From Candidatus Hodarchaeota archaeon (lineage in GTDB: Archaea; Asgardarchaeota; Heimdallarchaeia; Hodarchaeales; Hodarchaeaceae), in the NCBI GenBank assembly GCA_016840035.1, contig JAEOTC010000173.1:1-15206 (forward strand): DNA of 15,206 bases. Reading direction: 5' to 3'. Position numbers and translations under genes: made by a program. A model generated the notes under the pieces. The model searched no databases, was not told the origin of the DNA, and saw only the letters and a list, made by a program, of their open reading frames with translations. Below, piece by piece: positions 8,405 through 14,563 of the stretch (positions are counted from its first letter, which is position 1; each line of letters starts with the position of its first letter).

Positions 8405-8860
8405 TTATTCTTGGTCCTTAATTACTGGCCTGAAAACAACATTCCTAGATCGATCAGGTGTTTCTCCATAAGTTTTAAACAGTAGATTCCTTTTCTGAAG
8501 CTCGTTCAGGTATTGACTGGTCGTGCTTCTACTTCGACCGATCTTATCCGCTACTTCCTGGGTTGTTAAAGGTCGCGGAGCTTCAGCAAGGATGTCATAA
8601 GCCCTTTTTAGCATCTCATCTTTATCATCGAAATCAACCTGAGGGGTAGGTCTTGGCCCTTCTGGGTCAGAAACGGTTACGGTTGAGATATGGTCTTGGG
8701 GAGATCCCTCTAGAAGTGATAATCTTTGGTCAATATTACTTATTTGGCTACGTACTAAGCTTAGCGAAGTCATCAGTGGATCTAATTTCTCTCCCAACTT
8801 TTTCTCCAGAAGAAGACTGATCTCCTCAAGGATGTTTGACTGGTTTTCTGAAGAATTCAT
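8405..8860 (-). CDS. Coiled-coil plus winged helix-turn-helix protein (151 aa)
   Basis: Heptad-like LEEISLLLEKKL...VRSQISNIDQRLSLLE, a Pro/Thr/Asp linker, then PLTTQEVADKIGRSRSTTSQYLNELQKRNLL (HTH). AGGAG RBS at 8871-8875 (-) favours ATG 8860 over GTG 8938. Confidence 0.85.
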   Translation of the reverse strand: MNSSENQSNILEEISLLLEKKLGEKLDPLMTSLSLVRSQISNIDQRLSLLEGSPQDHISTVTVSDPEGPRPTPQVDFDDKDEMLKRAYDILAEAPRPLTTQEVADKIGRSRSTTSQYLNELQKRNLLFKTYGETPDRSRNVVFRPVIKDQE

Positions 8861-9293
8861 AAGGTTAGTTCTCCTAATGAAGCTCTGTTTCCATTCAAAT
8901 AAAAGCATTGAGCTTCCAGAACTGAGGAAATTATCCACAAATCGAACTTCTCTAGAGATTAGAACATCTTCATCGTTAAGTCACCTTCCAAGTTAAAAAA
9001 CTGTGTACACCGATATCAAATGATTATATACAGAAAAAAAATGATGATTACCGAATAATCGGCTCTTTTTAACTTCTGGTATGCATTAAAAGAGGAATTA
9101 AATGACCTGTAATCTTAACACTCCACAAAAGCAGTGTAAAGGTTACTTTCCACTAAAAATTTTACGATTCTTAGTGATTGATTGTTTGAGAATTTGAATG
9201 CACTTTTTTGACGAAAAATGCCGTAAAATTTAGGTAACAGATTGAAAGCAAAAGGTTTTAAGGAATGATTAGTAGATTCGATAGTGATTAACA

Positions 9294-9644
9294 ATGTCCC
9301 AAGGTGCAGGTTATTTATCACATCAAGCGCTTGAAAAAGTAATAGAATCGGTTGGAAAACATAAGGGAGTGTATGGAGCAGTATTGAGTGATACCGATGG
9401 ATTACCACTACAATCAAGTCTTCCTGGTGAAGATACGGAGAGAGTTTCCGCACATGTCGCCTCTCTTGTAGGAAAAGTAAAATATATTTCAAAAGAAATT
9501 TCACAAGAGATTGCACGTAGCATCCGACTTGAATTAGAAGTCGGTGACGTTGAGATAATACCTGATTACGATTCTGAAATAATTATTATAGCTCTAGTTA
9601 AGCGAGAGAGTAGTCAAATGACGCTCACCTCAAAGGATAAATAG
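9294..9644 (+). CDS. Roadblock/LC7 (MglB/LAMTOR2/DYNLRB fold) protein, paralogue 1
   Basis: LEKVIESVGKHKGVYGAVLSDTDGLPLQS...ERVSAHVASL...SIRLELEVGDVEIIP is the typical a-b-b-a-b-b-b roadblock pattern with the GV.G....DG.P motif. Confidence 0.92.
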   Translation: MSQGAGYLSHQALEKVIESVGKHKGVYGAVLSDTDGLPLQSSLPGEDTERVSAHVASLVGKVKYISKEISQEIARSIRLELEVGDVEIIPDYDSEIIIIALVKRESSQMTLTSKDK

Positions 9645-9661
9645 ATTTAGGTGAATGAAAA

Positions 9662-9979
9662 ATGTCTGGAGAAGAATATGTCATACCGTCGGTTCTACAA
9701 AATACAATAAAGAGATTAGCAGCAAGACGGGGTGTGCGTGGGATTCTAGTCTGCGATGAAGATGGATTGCCATTACAAAGTAATTTACCTCAATCAGATG
9801 CGGAACGTGTATCTGCTCACGTTGCTTCCCTTGTAAAGAAAGTACGAAGTGTCTCTGATGCGCTAAATCACGGCAAGCTCCAGTCTGTTTATGTTGAAAT
9901 GCCTCAATCTGAAATTATCATCACTCCTGATGAAGCTGCGGGATTTACTATCGTTGTTCTAAAAGATAGATCTTATTAG
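9662..9979 (+). CDS. Roadblock/LC7 protein, paralogue 2 (dynein light chain roadblock-like)
   Basis: LQNTIKRLAARRGVRGILVCDEDGLPLQS...EIIITPD..FTIVVL. AGGTGA RBS at 9649-9654; 17 bp after paralogue 1. Confidence 0.92.
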   Translation: MSGEEYVIPSVLQNTIKRLAARRGVRGILVCDEDGLPLQSNLPQSDAERVSAHVASLVKKVRSVSDALNHGKLQSVYVEMPQSEIIITPDEAAGFTIVVLKDRSY

Positions 9980-10212
9980 GTCTTGTTCTCATTAGCTACA
10001 TTTCTTCTTTATTATCAGTAGTTTTTTCGTAAATTTACTGATTTTTTCCCTTCTATAAACTCGGATGTCTGGTATAACTTTTTCTACATAAATTCTGGAT
10101 TATTCTATAAATTTCTTTAATGCAGATGCCGTTATGATTGCCATAAAACAATCTTTTTCTTAATGTGGTAAATATTATGACCACATCCTAGTAATTATGT
10201 TATTGTATGTAG

Positions 10213-11082
10213 ATGATTTTTATGGATCACAATGAGGAATCACAGGTAATAGGGTATTGTGGGGAATGTGGGAAAAAATTAATAGCAAACGCGACATTTT
10301 GTGCTTATTGTGGTGCTCCCATACCTAAAATTGGGGGTTTTATTCCTCCCCAAGCCAATATCCCTTATACAATAACCAATACGCGAGAAGTTAGTCCACC
10401 TCAACCTTTTTTATCAAATTTTCTCAACGTGATATCCACCCCTAAAGAAAAAATGCCTGGAATTGCCTCTTCTCCGAACTTATCCCAACCTCTACTAGTT
10501 AACATTATAATAGGCATCTTAGCATTCATTGCGATGTCAATATTAATATATAATTCTACTGTATCACTAGATGCTTCACTTCTTACCCTTATTCCCAGTG
10601 ACGAGTTGAGTGTGCAAGAATTTACAGATTTGTTTAAAATATCTATTCCATTTTCTGCCCCAATAGTTATTCTACTGAACTGGCTAATTTTAAGTTTGAT
10701 TCTATGGATATTACATGCATTTTTTGCATCAGATCTGAGTTCATATGATCGAGATTTTAAAACAATGGCTACAATCGTAGGTTGGGCTCAGATCCCTAAT
10801 ATATTCCATCAACTTGTTACGATTGTTGTTCATTATTTTGTTCTGTCTCCTGGAGGAGAAATCAATATAGGATCCTTTGGACAAATGGAAATCACCCCTC
10901 CTGCGGGAAGTTCAGATATTTTATCTAGAACTATCCTTTATGGATCTGGGATCCTATTCATCTTCTGGAGTCTCGTTTTAATATACTATGGGATAAAATC
11001 TTTAGGATCCGATAAAGCGAATCCAGTGACTATTTGTTCGATCTATGGCGTACTTAGAATTGTCCTATTTTTCTTTTTTTAA
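10213..11082 (+). CDS. Zinc-ribbon plus Yip1-family membrane protein
   Basis: N-terminal CGECG-x8-FCAYCG, then NVISTPKE (Yip1 N-terminal 'vl..P.e' helix), about 5 TM segments, FKTMATIVGWAQIP and WSLVLIYYGIK as in prokaryotic Yip1 proteins. The start may be ATG 10222. Confidence 0.8.
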   Translation: MIFMDHNEESQVIGYCGECGKKLIANATFCAYCGAPIPKIGGFIPPQANIPYTITNTREVSPPQPFLSNFLNVISTPKEKMPGIASSPNLSQPLLVNIIIGILAFIAMSILIYNSTVSLDASLLTLIPSDELSVQEFTDLFKISIPFSAPIVILLNWLILSLILWILHAFFASDLSSYDRDFKTMATIVGWAQIPNIFHQLVTIVVHYFVLSPGGEINIGSFGQMEITPPAGSSDILSRTILYGSGILFIFWSLVLIYYGIKSLGSDKANPVTICSIYGVLRIVLFFFF

Positions 11083-11801
11083 ATTAAAGTTCGTGGTTCA
11101 TAACGAACCCTAAGATGAAGGTATATCATGTCTCCGATTGGCTCAAAGCTTAAAATTTCTAAGAAAGGCGACTGATCAAAAGATGAAAACTCATTTGGGA
11201 AGGTAAAAAATGGCACACCATCTCCACCAAGCACAGGAGCAATTGCCACATGTATCTCATCAATCAATTTATCTGTTAGCATACTTCCATTTAGTTTACT
11301 TCCTCCTTCTAGTAAGATACTTTTTATCTCATAATCCTGGAACAGAACTGGCATTAAATGCCTTAAATTGACCAATGGTTCCTCTCCACAGATGATTACT
11401 TCACAACCTTCTTTCTCAAACTTATGGACTCTTTCTTTTGGACAATTTCTAGTAGTAGCGATGATTGTTTGAATTTCTGGACGAAATTTAATAACTCTAG
11501 AATCAAGAGGGATCTTACCACTAGAACTTACAACAATACGAATAGGATTTCGAATAGTTTGCCCAGGTTTAAAATATTCAGGTTTCACAGTTAATTTTGA
11601 ATCATCAGCTAGAATAGTACCACTTCCCACCATGATGGCGTCTTTACTAGCCCGAAGGTGATGTACTCTCTTCCAATCCTCAGTATTAGATAGCTTACTA
11701 TCTCCTGATATGGTAGTTATTTGGCCATCTAAGCTTATTGCAGCTGAGAGTATAACTTTCGGACGTTTGAGGGATTTTTTTTTAGTTATCATTGATATCA
11801 T
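11079..11801 (-). CDS. 2,5-diamino-6-(ribosylamino)-4(3H)-pyrimidinone 5'-phosphate reductase (stand-alone RibD C-terminal domain, archaeal ArfC/Rib7 type)
   Basis: RPKVILSAAISLDG, RVHHLRA..DAIMVGSGTILADDSKLTV, NPIRIVV, ILLEGGSKL and LIDEIHVAIAP; no deaminase domain. The start may be ATG 11792. Its stop overlaps the Yip1 stop (TTAA 11079-11082). Confidence 0.88.
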   Translation of the reverse strand: MISMITKKKSLKRPKVILSAAISLDGQITTISGDSKLSNTEDWKRVHHLRASKDAIMVGSGTILADDSKLTVKPEYFKPGQTIRNPIRIVVSSSGKIPLDSRVIKFRPEIQTIIATTRNCPKERVHKFEKEGCEVIICGEEPLVNLRHLMPVLFQDYEIKSILLEGGSKLNGSMLTDKLIDEIHVAIAPVLGGDGVPFFTFPNEFSSFDQSPFLEILSFEPIGDMIYLHLRVRYEPRTLI

Positions 11802-11873
11802 TCACTAATATAAGCTAAGTAGCAATAGGAATTAATTACACCTTTTTTAAAGTCTAACAGAAACACAGTTAGT

Positions 11874-11906
11874 AATATTGTAATATATTACAACAATATT
11901 TTTAAA
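11874..11906. promoter_or_regulatory. Palindromic operator candidate adjacent to a TATA box in a divergent promoter region
   Basis: Perfect 16-bp palindrome TTGTAATATATTACAA (11878-11893) with overlapping outer arms AATATTGT/ACAATATT (11874-11881, 11893-11900), then TTTAAA (11901-11906). A second TTTAAA at 11846-11851 could serve the reductase gene. Confidence 0.5.
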
Positions 11907-11926
11907 CTCGAATTTTGAAGATTAAA

Positions 11927-12065
11927 TTCCTTGAAATGACCGAATTATATTCGGATTCGATCAAGGAAAGTCTCCTGAAACGAAAGTTTCGGTGTGATAT
12001 AGCCCAGCTATATCGGAAAACAAGTCCAGTATTGGAAGTTTTCCCCTCAATCAAGAAATGGAGGT
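11927..12065 (+). ncRNA. Candidate structured cis-regulatory 5' leader RNA (five consecutive stem-loops)
   Basis: TTCCTTGA/TCAAGGAA enclosing CCGAAT/ATTCGG; CTGAAAC-GAAA-GTTTCGG; GATATAGC-CCA-GCTATATC; GGAAAAC/GTTTTCC enclosing TCCA/TGGA; CCTC/GAGG over the RBS. It begins ~21 nt downstream of a TATA box. Family unknown. Confidence 0.55.
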
Positions 12066-12071
12066 TAAAAT

Positions 12072-12284
12072 ATGACAATTGAAATTGAAGAAAATGTAGA
12101 TTTACACCATCAAGCCGAGATGGAATTAGTTTGCCCGTTCTGCGCAACTCATACTTTGTCATCTATCGTCAATCATAGTACCTTACGTCTCAAATGCAAC
12201 GAATGTGGTATGGATGCTTTTGTCACCCGTATTCCACGAGACAAGAAACTATCTGACTATATTTCAAGAAGACTGATTGCGTAA
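12072..12284 (+). CDS. Small C4 zinc-ribbon protein (70 aa)
   Basis: CPFC-x17-CNECG; GGAGGT RBS at 12060-12065; fills an otherwise empty gap. Confidence 0.8.
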   Translation: MTIEIEENVDLHHQAEMELVCPFCATHTLSSIVNHSTLRLKCNECGMDAFVTRIPRDKKLSDYISRRLIA

Positions 12285-12316
12285 ACAAAAGGAAGAAATT
12301 TTATCATTTCGGGAAG

Positions 12317-12379
12317 GAAAAATTAAGATCGCTTAGGAATTCACTCGGAGAAATTTTCTCCCCCTTTAGCGTCCTTAAT
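12317..12379 (-). terminator. Putative terminator / 3' stem-loop of tnaA
   Basis: On the minus strand ATTAAGGACGCT...AGCGATCTTAAT (with G-U pairs) encloses the inverted repeat GGAGAAA-T-TTTCTCC (12347-12361). It starts 5 nt after the stop and is followed by TTTTCCTTCC. Confidence 0.5.
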
Positions 12380-12384
12380 AACCA

Positions 12385-13773
12385 TTATTCGGTAATTGGT
12401 TCAAATCGTGCAGTAAAATGACGAAGGAAATCAGGACTGTAGGTCATCCTCAATCCCTTTATTTTCTCTCTTGACTTATATAATTCAATTATCGACTGAC
12501 AAATATAATCGAGATGCTCTCTAGAGTACACTCTTCTCGGTATAGCTAGTCTAACTAATTCTAATTCTGGATACACCCATTTTTCATCCTCGTTTTGATA
12601 AGCAAACATAACTGATCCGAGTTCAACACATCTAATTCCAAACATCTCATATAATGCGATTGTGAGAGCCCAACCTGGAAATTCAGATTGTGGAATATGG
12701 GGGAGGAATTTTCGGGCATCAAGATTGACCGAGTGACCTCCAACAGGTAATAAGATTGGAATATTGGCCTTTTCTAATTTATTTCCTAAATATTGAAGTT
12801 GTTGATAGCGATATTGTAAATAATCTTCAGAAAGTACTTCATTCAAACCTCTGGCCATGGTTTCGAGATCTCTCCCAGCCAAACCGCCATAAGTTGGAAA
12901 TCCTTCAGTAATAACCATTCTTTCTTTAATTCGATTGTAAAGATTAGCATTATTAAGAGCGATGAAGCCGCCAATATTCACCAAGCCGTCTTTTTTAGCA
13001 CTCATCATACACCCGTCAACATAAGAGAACATCTTTTGTGCTATTTGTATTGGGGTATAATCAGAGTATCCTTTCTCTCGTAATTTAATGAAATAAGCAT
13101 TTTCCGCAAAACGTGCAGCATCAAGAAAGAAAGGAATTTTGTACTTCCTCGCAATTTGAGAAACTGATTTAATGTTTTCCAATGAAACAGGTTGCCCTCC
13201 TCCAGTATTATTTGTTACCGTTAGAATTATTACAGCCACATTGGAATTTTGATTGAGGTATTCTTCTAAAGCATGTATATCCATGTTTCCCTTGAAATCA
13301 TGGTAAACAGAAGTATTAAATGCTTCTTGGACAACTAAATCATGTGCTTTCGCGCCTATAGATTCAATATTTGCACGCGTGGTATCAAAGAATTGGTTGG
13401 AGATTGCAACTTTCGTTTCATCCAAATTAAGGGCGAAGCAAACTAGATTTTCCGCACTTCTTCCTTGGTGAGTTGGAATAACATACTCGAAGCCAGTAAT
13501 TTCTTTGACAACTGATTCTAGATGAAAATAGTTTCTACATTGTGCATACGATTCGTCTCCTAGCATTAAGCCAGACCATTGATTGTCTGACATTGCTGAG
13601 GTACCTGAATCTGTAAGAAGATCGATATATACTTCTTCGGCTGGAATATTGAATATATTATACCCAGCTGCTTTCAAGTGTTTCTTTCGATCCATCAGCG
13701 TTGTTAATTTTATTGGTTCAACCATTTTTATTTTGAAAGGAGGCGGAGGAAGGGTGTCATTTGTGTTAGGCAT
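12385..13773 (-). CDS. tnaA: Tryptophanase (tryptophan indole-lyase, PLP-dependent)
   Basis: PFKIKMVEPI, IDLLTDSGT, THQGR, DAARFAENAYFIK and RLAIPRRVY. Tryptophanase-type residues FDTT, SAKKD (PLP Lys), FPTYGGL and LRHFTAR are present, rather than the tyrosine phenol-lyase forms FTTT, SGKKD, MPSYGGL and LRFFTAR. Confidence 0.92.
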   Translation of the reverse strand: MPNTNDTLPPPPFKIKMVEPIKLTTLMDRKKHLKAAGYNIFNIPAEEVYIDLLTDSGTSAMSDNQWSGLMLGDESYAQCRNYFHLESVVKEITGFEYVIPTHQGRSAENLVCFALNLDETKVAISNQFFDTTRANIESIGAKAHDLVVQEAFNTSVYHDFKGNMDIHALEEYLNQNSNVAVIILTVTNNTGGGQPVSLENIKSVSQIARKYKIPFFLDAARFAENAYFIKLREKGYSDYTPIQIAQKMFSYVDGCMMSAKKDGLVNIGGFIALNNANLYNRIKERMVITEGFPTYGGLAGRDLETMARGLNEVLSEDYLQYRYQQLQYLGNKLEKANIPILLPVGGHSVNLDARKFLPHIPQSEFPGWALTIALYEMFGIRCVELGSVMFAYQNEDEKWVYPELELVRLAIPRRVYSREHLDYICQSIIELYKSREKIKGLRMTYSPDFLRHFTARFEPITE

Positions 13774-13930
13774 GAAATAACTTTCCTATAGGATTAGTAT
13801 TAGAATTAAATGCTATAATTTTCTTTGTTTTTGGAATGACAAGCAGATTATACCGAGATATTATAAAAATAATTGTATACAAAACTAAAGGATTTATGAC
13901 TTTGTTAGGATTCAACCTCATTTGATATTT

Positions 13931-14563
13931 ATGCAAGAGTCTTTCCCCCAATTTATACTAGCGAGTAATTCTCCAGCACGAGCGCGTGTTCTAACTCAGA
14001 TAAACTTGGAGTACGAAGCAATTCCAAGTAAAATTGATGAATCAATGCAAATAGAAACTCCAGAGTCCTATGTAACTGAACTTTCAATTAAAAAAGCTCA
14101 GACTGTCGGTGAGAGGCTTAAATCGGAAAAAGAGAAGTACATAGTTTTAGGCTGTGACACAATTGTTATTGATCCTTTGAATCAAATTGTAGGGAAACCA
14201 AAGGATGAGAACCATGCGAAACAGATGCTCAAATTACTCTCAGGTAAATGCCACCGTGTACTCACAGGATGTGCTATCGTTGTTTATCCTTCGCAGGAAA
14301 GCTTTCAGACAATTATATCCACGGAAGTGGAATTTCGGTACTTAAGGACAGAAGAAATTGATTTTTATTTAGCTCAAAATGAATGGATGGGGAAAGCAGG
14401 AGCATATGCCATTCAAGGAATTGGAAGTTCGCTGATTAAAGAAATAAGAGGAGATTATTACAATGTCGTAGGTTTACCAATACACTGGGTATGGCAAACA
14501 CTACTGAATATTTACGGTGAAGTTTTTTTGGATACTGTGGGAAAAAAGTTTACTGAGAGTTAA
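13931..14563 (+). CDS. maf: Maf-family nucleoside triphosphate pyrophosphatase (YhdE-like)
   Basis: ILASNSPAR, IDE, KA, GCDTIV, GKP, LSGKCHRV, KAGAYAIQG and GDYYNVVGLP. ATG 13931 preferred to TTG 13922. Its stop overlaps the convergent gene (TTAA 14560-14563). Confidence 0.93.
   Translation: MQESFPQFILASNSPARARVLTQINLEYEAIPSKIDESMQIETPESYVTELSIKKAQTVGERLKSEKEKYIVLGCDTIVIDPLNQIVGKPKDENHAKQMLKLLSGKCHRVLTGCAIVVYPSQESFQTIISTEVEFRYLRTEEIDFYLAQNEWMGKAGAYAIQGIGSSLIKEIRGDYYNVVGLPIHWVWQTLLNIYGEVFLDTVGKKFTES

Noticed and set aside
8931-8939. Perfect bacterial DnaA box TTATCCACA
   Set aside because: Single copy, archaeal context, and no cluster or replication genes; expected by chance.
9041-9054. C-box-like ATGATGA suggesting a C/D sRNA
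   Set aside because: No canonical CTGA D box at guide-RNA distance.
11927-12065. FMN riboswitch, given the adjacent RibD-type gene
   Set aside because: It lacks the conserved AGGGC.GGGUGAAAUUCCC.ACCGGCGGU core and lies on the strand pointing away from the reductase.
11963-12067. AAGGAAAGTCTCC resembles RNase P CR-I (GAGGAAAGUCC)
   Set aside because: No CR-V (ACANAANNNGGCUUA) or CR-IV match, the span is too short, and AAGGAA is paired in P1.
12385-13773. Tyrosine phenol-lyase (tpl) assignment
   Set aside because: The diagnostic positions (FDTT, SAKKD, FPTY, LRHF) are all tryptophanase-type.
1182-13951. Short ORF-track entries 1182-1481, 1677-1868, 1861-2157, 3294-3599, 6246-6452, 6585-6923, 6920-7171, 7399-7671, 8021-8263, 8091-8342, 9115-9516, 9323-9523, 11902-12162, 12561-12743, 13583-13780 and 13766-13951
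   Set aside because: Antisense or out-of-frame shadows of well-supported genes, or ORFs running across promoter regions; no motifs or convincing RBS.
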